The notes under the pieces are model-generated. The model made no database searches. It saw only the letters and a program-made list of their open reading frames with translations, and was not told the DNA's origin. Of a stretch of DNA of 64,000 bases, positions 39,638 through 51,518 are shown one piece after another (within the stretch, counting starts at the first letter, position 1; each line of letters starts with the position of its first letter). Source of the DNA: Chiloscyllium plagiosum (Eukaryota); NCBI RefSeq assembly GCF_004010195.1, contig NC_057751.1:4898649-4962648 (forward strand), in the 5' to 3' direction. The position numbers and the translations under genes were made by a program.

Positions 39638-40414
39638 GTAAGTCCAGCTCTCTCCTGTTCCCCGGAACCAACAGCTGCACAAAGCATTCTCTCCCCTTCC
39701 TCCTGAACCCCGGTCAGCCTCCTGAGAGAGCAGGAAAGGTGGAGACATGTGGGTGGCACAGGGAACAGGAAAGGAGAGTGGGTGATGGGGATTTAGGAGG
39801 GGAGGAGAGAATGTGGACCAGAGAGTGAGTTGAAGAGAGGTGGCAATAGGGAGGCTTCGACACAGCTGGGGAAGGGATAATTGGGAGAGAGAAATGAAGG
39901 AGACAAGGGGGGGACAAGAGCAAAGGGAGGTGAAGGGAAGGGCAGGAGGCAATGGTTGGCAGAATGGTTGGGGAAAGTGTGAAGGGGAACGAGAGGAATG
40001 AGGATAAGGGAGGGGGAAGGGGTGCAGGGAGAATGTAGGGTGGAGGAGAGAAGGTGAAACAGAAGGGGCAAGTTGGAGTTGATGGAGAACTAGGGCAGAG
40101 ATTGAGAAAGGGATGCAGAGGAGAGAGGCAAATGGAGGGGAGGGGGCAAGTGTGAGATTGAAGGGGTGAGGGAGACCTGGAAGGGGAGATGGAGGGAGAG
40201 TGAAGAGTGGGGAAAAGGGATCTGGAGGGGGATAGTGGACAGAATGAGGTGTTAATAAAGAAAGCTGGTGCAGAAGCTTCTTTGGCCAGCTCAAGATCTC
40301 CACTGTCCTCAGTGGGACTGAGCAGCTAATGTTCACACAGTACGTTCTGACTGGCACTCTGTGTGAGGAGTTAGAGTGAGTGAGAATGATTGGCCAGGGC
40401 TTCAGGAGGACTCG

Positions 40415-40608
40415 GAGACTAAAACAAAAACCGCAGATGCTGGAATCCAAGGTCCACAAGGAAGAGGCTGGAGGAACACAGTATCAGGAGGTGGAGAAGC
40501 CAATGTTTTGAGTGTAACCTTTCTTAAGGATCTGAAATGTTGTCTTCTCCACCTCCTGCTGCTGCCTGGCTTGCTGTGTTCTTCCAGCCTCCTGCCTGTC
40601 TCCCTTGA
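40415..40608. mobile_element. Older fold-back Penelope-type insertion
   Basis: Diverged inverted arms (aggctggaggaacacag..caggaggtggagaag vs cttctccacctcctg..ctgtgttcttccagcct); flanking GAGGACTC repeat. Confidence 0.6.
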
Positions 40609-40740
40609 GAGGACTCAGGTGGGTTTGTGTGGATGGGTGTGCTGGTCCCAGACCAGTGGGAGTAGATGGAGCTGGATGGAGTGGGCTCTGGGGTTGACAA
40701 GCCTTAGTTGACAGTAACCCTTGTGCACTCTTGTTCCCAG

Positions 40741-40984
40741 CTGCTTCCGACCTGGTTCTGAACCCGCGGGTAGTTGAAGAGACCACGTACCTGGAGAATC
40801 GGCCTCTGTCCATGCTGGCCTGTGCCATGGAAGAGAACTGTCTGTCAAGCTCAGCGGTCGGATTGCCACCTCTGACCAGCTTTCGCCGGCTGCTGAGATT
40901 CTCCTCCCAAATCCACAACAACGGGGAGGCCGACTTCAGGCCCAAGGCTGGTCGCCACGCGTGGATCTGGCATGAGTGTCACAG
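40741..40984 (+). CDS. LOXL2: LOXL2-like coding exon 9: start of the lysyl oxidase catalytic domain
   Basis: cccag|CT GCT TCC GAC; ASDLVLNPRVVEETTYLENRPLSMLACAMEENCLSSSA...RRLLRFSSQIHNNGEADFRPKAGRHAWIWHECH; donor CAG|GTAAC; 244 nt. Confidence 0.95.
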
Positions 40985-41081
40985 GTAACAGTGTGTCCTG
41001 TCATCACCCTGATGAGAATGCAGCCCTGCTAGTGCAGCAACCATCATTAATTCCAACACACACACACACACACACACACAC

Positions 41082-41121
<40 letters not shown>

Positions 41122-41460
41122 GGGACTGCAGCTTCTGCTCTGTCAGGGACCGAACCACACCACTGACACTACAGGTAGAGAGAGATCCAAAGCACTGCTT
41201 TCGAGGTTGTGCAGGGAGCCAACTGGAGAGATGACAGTTCGGTCCAAAGCAACCCAACTGAAAATGTGTTGTGCTGAAGTGACATTGGCAGAAATATTGT
41301 GTCACGGTGAAGCAGTGCTGAGGTTTCATGGGATGGGAAGCAGTCCCCTTGATCTCCCTATGTGGCCACACCCTGTCCACAGGAGCTGATTGGAATTTGG
41401 TTTGAGAACACCAAATCACATTGCCTGTGTTTCCCTGTCATGTCTTTCTCCATGGGACAT

Positions 41461-43430
41461 CGAGTCATACAGTCATAGAGACGTACAGCAGGGTAACAGG
41501 GCCTTTGGTCCAACTCACCCATCCTAACCAGGTATCCTAAATTAATCTAGTACTATTTGCCAGCATTTGGCCCATATCCCTCTAAACCCTTCCTAATTAT
41601 ATACTCATCTAGATGCCTTTTAAAAGTTGTAATTGTCGCAGCCTCCATCACTTCCACTGGCAGTTCAATCTATGCATGCACCACCCTCTGTGTGAAAACG
41701 TTGCCCTTTAGGTCCCTTTTATATCTCTCCCCTCTCATCCTAAACCTGTGCCCTCTAGTTCTGGACTCCCCGGCCCCAGGGAAAGGACCTTGTCTATTCA
41801 TCCTATCCATGCCCCTCATGATTTTATGAACCTTTATAACATCACCCCTCAGCCTCAGACGCTCCAGGGAAAACAGCCCCAGCCTGTTCAGCCTCTCTGT
41901 ATCGTCCAAAACCTCCAACGCCAGCAACATCTTTTCTGAACCCTTTCAAGTTTAACAACACCTTTCCTACAGCAGAGAGACCAGAATTGCACGCAATATT
42001 CCAAAAGTGTCCGAACCAATGTCCTGTACAGCCGCAACATGACCTCCCAACTCCTGTACTCAATACTCTGACCAATAAAGGAAAGCATACCAAACTCCTC
42101 CTTCACTATCCTATCGACCTGCTTTCAAGGAGCTAAGAACCTGCACTCCAAGGTCTCTTTGTTCAGCAACACTCGCTCAGACCTTACCATTAAGTGTCTA
42201 ACTCCTGCCCTGATCTGCCTTTCCGAAATGCAGCACCTCGCATTTATCTGAATTAAACTCCATCTGCCACTCCTTGACCCATTGACCCATCTGATCAAGA
42301 TCCTGTTGTAATCTGAGGTAACCCTGTTTGCTGTCCACTACACCTCCAATTTTGGTGTCATCTGCAAACTTACCTCTTATGCTCACATCCAAATCATTTA
42401 TATAAATGATGAAAAGTAGAGGACCCAGCACAGATTCTTATGGCGCTCCATTGGTCTTAGACCTCCAGTCTGAAACAACCCTCCACCACCACCCTCTGTC
42501 TTCTACCTTCAAGCCAATTCTGTATCCAAGTGGCTAGTTCTCCCTGTATTCCATGTGCTCTGACCTTGCTAACCAGTCTCCCATGGGGGAGCTTTGTCAA
42601 ATACCTTATTGAAATTCATATAGACAATGTCCACCATTCTGCTTTCATCAATCCTCTTTGTTACTTCTTCAAAAAACACTATCAAGTTTGTGAGACATGA
42701 TTTCCCACGCACATGTTGACTATCCCTAATCAGTCCTTGCCTTTCCAAATACATGTACATCCTGTCGCTCAGGATTCCATTCAACAACTTGACCACCACC
42801 GATGTCAGGCTCACCGGTCTATAGTTCCTTGGCTTTTCCTTACCATCTTTCTTAAATAATGGCACCACATTAGCCAACTTCCAGTCTTCTTGCACCTCAT
42901 TCATGGCTATTAATGATACAAATATCTCAGCAAGAGGCCCAGCAATCTCTTGCCAACCCTCCCACCAAGGTCCTGGTTCCACCTGATCAGATACCCAAGA
43001 AATTATCCACCGTTATCAGCTTAAATACGTCTAGCGCCATGTCCCCTGAAATATGGACACTTTTCAAAATATCACTATTTATTTCTCCAAGTTCTCTCAC
43101 TTCCATTTCCTTGTCTATCGTAAACACTGAAGCAAAATAGTCATTTCGTATCTCATCCGCCTCTTGCAGTTCCACACACATGTGGCTTTGCTGATCTTTA
43201 AGGGGCCCAATTCTCTCCCTAGTTACTCTTTTGCCCTTAATATATTTGTTGAATCTCTTTTGATTCTCAACCCTGTTTGCCAAAGCTATCTCATGTTCCC
43301 TTTGCCCCTCCTGACTTCCCTTATAACTATACTCTTACTTCCCTGTGTACTCCTGTCCCTGACATGTGCTTCCTTCTTTTTCTTGACCGGAGGCTCAATA
43401 TCTCTCGTCATCCAGCATTCCCTACCCCCA
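41461..43430 (-). mobile_element. CR1/HER1-like LINE, 5'-truncated and decayed
   Basis: RT motifs PRNYRPVSLTSVV and LGPLLFIIYINDLD...KFADDTKIGG, plus the C-terminal [16 protein letters not shown] and ESRTRGH motifs. Confidence 0.9.
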
Positions 43431-43952
43431 GCCTTGCCCACCTAGCAGCAGAACCCTGTGTCACAACCAGACCCGAGTATTAGTCTGTCTGCACATGTTG
43501 GGGAGGGGATCCTTGGAAGTATGAGGGTCAGTCATGCAGTAAACTGGTTATTGTCTTTCTATTTCAGTCACAAACTCAAATGTTGGCATTTACTTTCAGC
43601 AGTAGGCCATGCAGCCGTTCAAGTCTGCTGCACCATTCAGTAAGATTGTGACTGTTGTGATTGTGGTCCCCAAGTCTGCCACCTTCCCTACCAACCTTCC
43701 CTACTCACCTTAGATTCCCTCGTCAGCTATGTACCTATTTATTTCCGCCTTGAAAATATTTGATGACCCTCCCTCTGCAGAAGAGAGTTCCAAAGACCCA
43801 GGACTGTCTGAGACAGAAACCTTCTTCCATACCTCTGCCTGACTTGGGAGTCCCCCACCCCGCCTATCCCTCCATTTTTAAACCGTCTCCCCTCATTGGA
43901 GTTTGACTCCCATCCTTTCAACACCCGCTGTGTGAAGCCTCCTCAGGATCTG

Positions 43953-44127
43953 GGCGAAAGTGAGGACTGCAGATGCTGGAGATCAGAGTCTACATTAGAG
44001 TGATTTGGAGATGCTGGTGTTGGACTGGGGTGTACAAAGTTAAGGGCTTTTGCCTGAAACGTCAATTCTCCTGCTCCTCGGATGCTGCCTGACCTGCTGT
44101 GCTTTTCCAGCACCACTCTAATGTAGA
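43953..44127. mobile_element. Short Penelope-type insertion with inverted segment and 14-bp TSD
   Basis: TSD CTCCTCAGGATCTG at 43939-43952 and 44128-44141; inverted repeat gagtctacattagagtg / cactctaatgtagactc. Confidence 0.75.
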
Positions 44128-46294
44128 CTCCTCAGGATCTGACGTATTTCATCAAGTCATAGAAATGCTGAGGATCAGGAGGCCCTTTTTGGTTCTGCCT
44201 TTCTTACAGAACTTGGCTTGGTCCTCTGTTTCAGTGTCATAGTCCCTGTTTCTCCCCATGCCTGTTGATGCCTTTCCAACCTTTTCAGATTACCAGCTTT
44301 CAGTGCATCGCCCCTTGGTCAGGTGAAGTGAGAGGGAAGCACACAGACCCCAGTATTTATGGATAGAGAGATCCAGGGCAGAGATATCAGAAGATCACAC
44401 CAATGATGTGATCAAATAATAATTCTCTGCAGGTGACCAAGGGTGTTCGACGGTCTGTGTAAAGTGTCAACAGCTGAATAACAAACAAAGGGCTGAACTC
44501 TAATCCAATCAAAGGAGGCAGAGAGGTAATTATAAAACATTCCAAATAAGGTGATGCTGGAGACCAGCCATATGACTGGAACAACATAGAATACTAACAG
44601 GAGCTTCTGGAAACACCCAGCAGGTCCGGCAGGCAGCATCTGGGAAAAAAACTCAGATACCAAACAATAATTCTGGTTGTTAACTGAACCTCTCCATATT
44701 ATCCACTCAGCGAGGATGATAAAGGACGAAGTATAGTGGGGATAGCTCCGTGTGCCCATCTTCCCAAATGGCGTCTTTTGCTGCCAGAATAGACAGCACC
44801 CCTGACAGAGTAGCACTCCCTCATTGCACAGTATATGCCAGCCTGGACTTTGGTGCTGACAGCTGCATGTTGTGTTGCTGGACAGCATCCCTGCTCCTGA
44901 CTCGAGAGTCACAACCTTCCCTGCTCTGCCTTCAATAACCTGGGCCTTTGTGTCGAGTCTGACAACACACCCCCAAGTGCTGATGGAATTTTCCAAAGTC
45001 TGGTTGTTCCAGAAGGTTTGAGGAGCACTGAAACAGTGAATCCCAGGGTGAACCATGCAGTGTTCCATTCGCCTCCAGAAAGAGCTGACCATGTTCACTC
45101 GCAGTCAAGTGGTGCATCATCTTGTTCAAAACCAGCCTGTCTGGGAGCAATGGGACTCGGTTCTGAAGAGGATGGTGGTTTGAACTGTGGCCATCAGGGT
45201 CAAAGGACAGAGGCTGAGAACCTGACATCAGCTGTTGTTCACTATGTGCCCGTTTGTGATGTTAATGAGAACGCACAGGTTGCAGACTGTGAGTTAGGGG
45301 CCCAGTGCACTCCTACTACATCAATTTGCTCCTTTACCATGTTGTGATTTTATGTTGAATTGGTGATGATGTATTTGAAAAACACAGAGAAAATAAGAGC
45401 ACAATGAGGCCATTTCACCCTTTGAACCTGTGCTGCCATTCATTGTGAATCATGGCTGCTCATCCAACTCAGTCCCCTGTTCCTGCTTTCTCCTTTTACT
45501 CCCTTTCTCCCCAAACACCTCTTTCTTTCTTGTGAACATTCAGTGTTTTGATGTCAGCCCCTTGTGGTGGTAGAAAATATCACAGGCTCTCCACTCTTTG
45601 GTGAAGAAACCTAACAGATCTTATACTTAACTGATGCCCCTTGCTTCTTGTCTCCTGCATCCACCTGTCTAATACTAATTGATTTTTAGAGGTGTTTATA
45701 AGATTTCCCTCCTTAGTCACTTAAACTCCTATGAGTAGAATCAGAAGTGTTCCAGCCTCCCTTGAGACATCAGTCCAATTCAGAGGTCAGCCTGGTGAAT
45801 GACCACTGTCCTTCCTTCATAGCACACCCTCCCTCAGTTACAGAAGTTGAAACTGCATATTCCAGGGATGGTCTCACCAATCCCCAGTACAACAGCAACA
45901 AGACATCCCTGCCCCCTTACTCAAGTCCTGTCACTATGAAAGCCTACAGCATATCCTTGGGAGGTGAATGTGCATCCTTTTAGCCATCTGCCCAATAACA
46001 CCCAGATCTCCAATCTATTGCCATTCGGATCACCATCGGCCTGCCTACTTTGGCATCTCCACATCATCCTGGCATCAAGTGGCTTCCTCCCTGTTTTTCA
46101 CAGATGCAGTTTGTATAATGTACTGAGGAGGAAGTAGAATTCAGATGGTGATCGTGAACCTGAAATGTGGACCACCAAGTGCAAAATACTCAAGCTCTAC
46201 CTCCAAAACCTGAGGCTTTGTGATTAATCTTTCATGGCAGAGTAAGACACATGCTGAGGTTTGAAAGATGCTGTGCAGAATGGGAATGTTAAGG

Positions 46295-46527
46295 TTGGAT
46301 TCCCTGCAGCATGGAAACAGGGCCTTCGGGCAGTTTAGCATGACCAATTCACCCAAACCTGCACATCTTTGGACTGTGGGAGGAAACCGGAGCACCCTGA
46401 GGAAACCCACACAGACACGGGGAGAATGTGCAAACTCCACACAGTCAGTCACCCAAGGCTGGAATCGAACCTGGGTTCCTGGTGCTGTGAGGCAGCAGTG
46501 CTAACCACTGAGCCACCGTGCCACCCC
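46295..46527 (-). mobile_element. tRNA-derived SINE (HE1-like)
   Basis: Reverse complement of the same head and core. Confidence 0.8.
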
Positions 46528-46840
46528 AAATTAAGCTAAGTATGAGCCAATAGGAAGTTACCTGCCTGTCAGTGTGAATAGCTCAGAGAGCAGGAGTTCA
46601 GGGTTAGCGGTGTGTGTTCTCTGGGAGACAGGAGGCTGTGAGTTGAATCTCCAGTCAGCCTTTTAACCAGCCTTGACTCGTGCAGTGGGATCTGCAGGGA
46701 AGACCTGTGTGAGTGTGTGTGAGTGTGTGTGAGTGTGACAAAAGGTGTATTTTGCAAATTGCATGCAGGATGGAAATGTTAAGTCTGAGCCAACATGGCT
46801 GAAAGGATGCATTCGCGCTTGCCTGTGATCTACCCCCAGT

Positions 46841-47179
46841 CAGTGGTAGGTTCGAGGCTAGGCAGAGCCACAGGGGATATAGAGGGGGTTAGAATGAAGG
46901 AGGGCTAGTGTAGGCAGCAGCGGGGAGTGAGGTAGGGAAGAGGGAGACAGAGGAGCCTAGCCTGTGCCGGACAAGTGGCGTTTTGTGTTTCAGGCAGGGC
47001 TCCTCCTAAGGAGGGGAGGTTCATGAAGGAGGAAGGTGTCTTACTCAAACTTTTCACATCCTCAAACTCTACTGTACTTCACTCCCCACCGCCTATGCTA
47101 GCCCTCCTTTACTCTAACCCCCTGACTACCCCCCACTAATCCCCTCTAGCTCTGCCTAGCCTTGAACCTGAATCCACTA
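46841..47179. mobile_element. MITE-like imperfect palindrome
   Basis: ~90-bp arms (46848-46933 and ~47074-47169) are reverse complements: aggttcgaggctaggcagagc..ggggttaga..aggagggctag vs ctagccctcct..tctaacccc..gctctgcctagccttgaacct. Confidence 0.6.
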
Positions 47180-50100
47180 TGAAAATTACATATCCAGCTT
47201 TCACTGTTGGAGACTCAACTTGGAAATATTGCCTGTGGATCTCTCAGCTCGATTCAGCACTTTGAAATTCATCGCCGTGAAGCTGAAAATCCCTGGTCCC
47301 CTCCATAAAACCAGGGACAGGAACCAACTACCTCCAACATCAAAAGCCAAGAGTTTGGCCACACTCCACTCACATTGACAAGACACAGGCTCTGTCCCCC
47401 TGCCTTGTGAGTTGACATCTCCATCTCCATGTGACATCTTCTCAATGAGAACCCCATTTCTCTCAGGAACGACACTGCAAACAGCTTCTCATGAGGAAGC
47501 CCCTCCAATCCTCTTGGGCCCTCAGTGACTGAGTGAGCATTTCACATCTTCCATCTGAAGTGAATCAAACAGGAGCCACAGGCATTTGACCCCTTTAAGC
47601 CTACCCTGTCATTCCCTCGGATCCTGCCTTTATGTACTGTATTCCACATTCCCGTCTCTCCCCTTCTGTTGGGAATTGAGCTCTGGTGCTGAGTGAGACT
47701 GAAGCACAGACCTTGAATGTGAGTGTACCCTTATAAGCATGCACTCCCTCCCAGCTTGCTGAGCTGAAACCATCAAACTCTGTGCAGTGTCTCAATGTGC
47801 TACTGCGAGGTGTTTCAGCTCAGTCACCAAGCAAAGCCCCATCCACCCCCTGCTTCACTTCCACATGGAGCTCCAGACCTGGATTTCCCTTCCTCTCTGA
47901 AGGTTAGATGTCCAGCAGGTTCATTTGAAAATTTATGCTCCACTTGTGTTCCTACATTGAGTCAGAGCAAATATTAGATCCCAACTACTCCCCACACTTG
48001 GTCAGGCTGTGAGATGAGATCAATCTCATGTTCCCTGATCTGGGAGAGTGCTTCCTTCCACTTTGAACTTCCTTCAGTTTCAGAGATCCGCACCTTCCGA
48101 TGAACAACTGACCTTCAGATGAAAGCGTCTCCCTATTCCTCTCTCAGTCCGAACTTATTGTGGAGGAATGACAATGAGGAAATACTGCACGCAATTCAGT
48201 TTGACGCAAACACGTCACAGAATCGCAGGGTTATTCCGGTACAGAATGAGGCAACTCAGCCCATCAAGCCTACATCTGTCTTTTCCCTCACCCCAATCTG
48301 CCTTCCCCCCACCTCCATACTCCTGCACACTATCTCTGTCCAAATGACCATCTATTGTATACTTCCATTAAACCTGCCTCCAAGGTATCATCCCCTGCTA
48401 AAATAATGCTATTATTCTTACTTATTTTAATGTTATTATATCTGAGATCTCTCCACATATTTGTTCCTCAGTTTCCCACTGACCATTGGGTGGCCTATAG
48501 GATAATCCCAATAGTGATTCTCCCTTTCTTATTTCTGAGTTCCACCCATGTAGCTTCACTGGACAATCCCCCAGAAATATCCCCTCTACAGTAATAATGT
48601 TTTCCCAAATCAAACATGCACTCACCGTCCTCTCTCGCCTCCTTTTCTATCCTTCCAATCACTCCTAAACCCCTGGAACATTGAGCTGTCAATCCTATCC
48701 CTCCCTCAGCCATGTTTCTCCAATAGCTCTCTCCCAGTATCATCTTCCCATACATGCCCTGAGTTCATCATCCGTGCCTGACAGACCTCTTGCAATGAGA
48801 AGAAAGAGAAACTTTAAAAAAAGAGAAAATAAACCTACCTCGGCCGCATTTCCAGACAGTCCATTCTAGATGTGAAATATTCACTGAGTGAGAAAGTTTT
48901 TTCTCCCATCCTCCTTGCTTCATGGGCACATCCATGCACCTGTTGTTCCTTACAGAAGTGTGGGAGGGGCAGCTTCTCTCCAGCTGCACTACCCAACCTG
49001 CTCCAGATTTTGAAACTCCCCACCAACCCCCTTCTATGGGGACAGCCTGGGCTTGTTTCTACTGGAGTTTCCGACTATGAGGGTGTGCCATTGACGTGTA
49101 GGACAGTCTTGACAAGGTGGATATGGAAATGACGCTTCCCGGAGTCCAGAAGATGGGGACTCTGTTTCAGAGGCTGGGGTGGTCATTTCACGACAGAGAT
49201 GAGGGAGGTTTGCAAGTCCCCGTCTCGGAAGACAGTTTGAAGCAGTGTTGCATTGATTCTGGTGAGGCGGGGGAGACAGAGTGTGGGTGGGGGAGCTGGA
49301 AAGGTGGAGTTGTGAACACATCCAGATCAGCCACAACCTGACTGGGTGACACAGATGGTTTGAAGGGCAGATGGTACACGTCTCCTATTTTGTACGTTCA
49401 AACATTAGGTCACTTCAATTGACGGGTCAAGAGAACTTGTCCAAACATTGAGTTTCATGCAGTTTTGTTTCACGAAACAATGGCACAGATTTGTGGGAGA
49501 CTGGAATGGAGTCACTCAAAGAAGGGTTTGCACCTGAAATGTTGACTTCTCCACCTCCTGCTGCTGCCTGGCTTGCTGTGGTCTTCCAGCCTCCTGCTTG
49601 TCCACCTTGGATTCCAGCATCTGCAGGTTTGTTTGGTCTCACTCCAAGCTGGAGCCCTTGAAGAACCCACACATTGAGGAAACTGGAGGGTACTCGCTGA
49701 TGGCTGGATAGAGCCTCCCCTCCACACTTCCTTGTGGAAACGGTTTTCCTGGGGTTGCTGATTGGGACCGAGCTGGTTGGGTCTTGTCAACCCGTGTTGG
49801 CTCTGCTGCTGCCTTGGGTCTAGAATTAGTTCTGGTGATGACAGCTGTGCTGAAGCTTTGGCTCAGGAGGTGGGGCTCTGGGCCAACTGGAAGCAGCATC
49901 TTCTGTGTCTGACATTGGCTAGCTTTCTCTATCTAGGCACAGCAAATCATCTTGGGCCAGCAACTGCCCGAAAGATGCAAAGATTACAGCCTGTGCTGAC
50001 AGAGAGCTACCCCTTACAGCATGTTACTCAAACCATGATAGGCAGGCCAGTCCTTGGGAGCTGCTGTCTCAGACCTAGTCAACCCTCTTTGTAAAACGAC

Positions 50101-50798
50101 CAGGCCATCCAAGGAGTCTAGGTTTAATCAGTGCCGAGTGGAGTTGGCATAGGCTGTGCTCAAGAGAAAGAGAGAGGCGGAGTTCAAAGCACAGCTCATG
50201 TTTCCAGCTAATCATAGGAACAGACAGGGCCTTAAGTATCACTGTTCCCGTGCAGATCAGCTTTCCAGCATCTGTAACTAAAACTCAATTTTTGTCTGTT
50301 GCTGCATCACTCCTATTGCTCAGGGGGATGAACAAATCCACTGGGATTTGCAGATTTAAGGGAACATAGGAACAGGAGGAGGCCATTCAATAAGATCATG
50401 GCTTGGTCTGTGGCCTAACTCCACAAACCTGCCTTTGACCCGTTTCCCTTCATAGTTTTGTTTGACAAAAATGTATTTGTCTCACAATTTAAAATTCCCA
50501 ACTGATCCAGCATCTACTGCCGTCTGTGGAAGAGAGTTCCAAATATCTCCCACCCTTTGTGTGTAGAAGTGCTTCCTGACATCTCTCCTGAACAGCCTGG
50601 CTCTCATTCTCATACTGTGTCCTCTAACTCTCGAATCCCCAGCCAGTGGAAATCATTTTATCTCCCCTGTTTATCGCTGCCTGTTAATACCGTGATTACT
50701 TTGATTGGATCACCCTTAACTTTGTACGTTGGCAAGATGATGTATGATAGAGACTGGGATGCTTGAGTGATTTTCTTGACCTTCTGCCCACCTTGTAG

Positions 50799-50914
50799 GC
50801 ACTACCACAGCATGGAGGTGTTCACCACTTACGATCTCCTGATGCTGAATGGAACACGGGTTGCTGAGGGACACAAGGCCAGTTTCTGTCTCGAGGATAC
50901 TCAGTGTGACTCAG
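50799..50914 (+). CDS. LOXL2: LOXL2-like coding exon 10: copper-binding histidines and LTQ lysine; the gene continues but later exons are not seen
   Basis: tgtag|[48 protein letters not shown]; donor CAG|GTACT; 116 nt; completes WIWHECHRHYH across the intron. Confidence 0.95.
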
Positions 50915-51018
50915 GTACTGTACTCCACCCTCTCCCAGGATTTCCTCTCCCGCAGCTCTTCTGGCAATGGGAGCACACTAAATGAAGGGTTTTTCGAAGC
51001 GTCTTCGGTGATGCCACA

Positions 51019-51518
51019 NNNNNNNNNNNNNNNNNNNNNNNNNNNNNNNNNNNNNNNNNNNNNNNNNNNNNNNNNNNNNNNNNNNNNNNNNNNNNNNNNN
51101 NNNNNNNNNNNNNNNNNNNNNNNNNNNNNNNNNNNNNNNNNNNNNNNNNNNNNNNNNNNNNNNNNNNNNNNNNNNNNNNNNNNNNNNNNNNNNNNNNNNN
51201 NNNNNNNNNNNNNNNNNNNNNNNNNNNNNNNNNNNNNNNNNNNNNNNNNNNNNNNNNNNNNNNNNNNNNNNNNNNNNNNNNNNNNNNNNNNNNNNNNNNN
51301 NNNNNNNNNNNNNNNNNNNNNNNNNNNNNNNNNNNNNNNNNNNNNNNNNNNNNNNNNNNNNNNNNNNNNNNNNNNNNNNNNNNNNNNNNNNNNNNNNNNN
51401 NNNNNNNNNNNNNNNNNNNNNNNNNNNNNNNNNNNNNNNNNNNNNNNNNNNNNNNNNNNNNNNNNNNNNNNNNNNNNNNNNNNNNNNNNNNNNNNNNNNN
51501 NNNNNNNNNNNNNNNNNN
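51019..51518. other. 500-N assembly gap between LOXL2 and RASSF2
   Basis: Run of exactly 500 N; other gaps at 13491-13765, 21297-21589 and 30311-30393. Confidence 0.95.

Noticed and set aside
39416..40459. 347-aa minus-strand Pro/Ser/Leu-rich ORF
   Set aside because: It derives from a low-complexity polypurine tract antisense to LOXL2 exon 8.
1968..50914. Calling the gene LOXL3 or LOXL4
   Set aside because: PGFKF, WKQICD..WTA.NSRVVCGMFGFP, FASR.K..YWP and the RxRKA linker match LOXL2 better; formal phylogeny is still needed.
50915..50985. Read-through tail [23 protein letters not shown] as the true LOXL2 C-terminus
   Set aside because: A canonical donor sits at the expected exon boundary and the tail has no LOX similarity.
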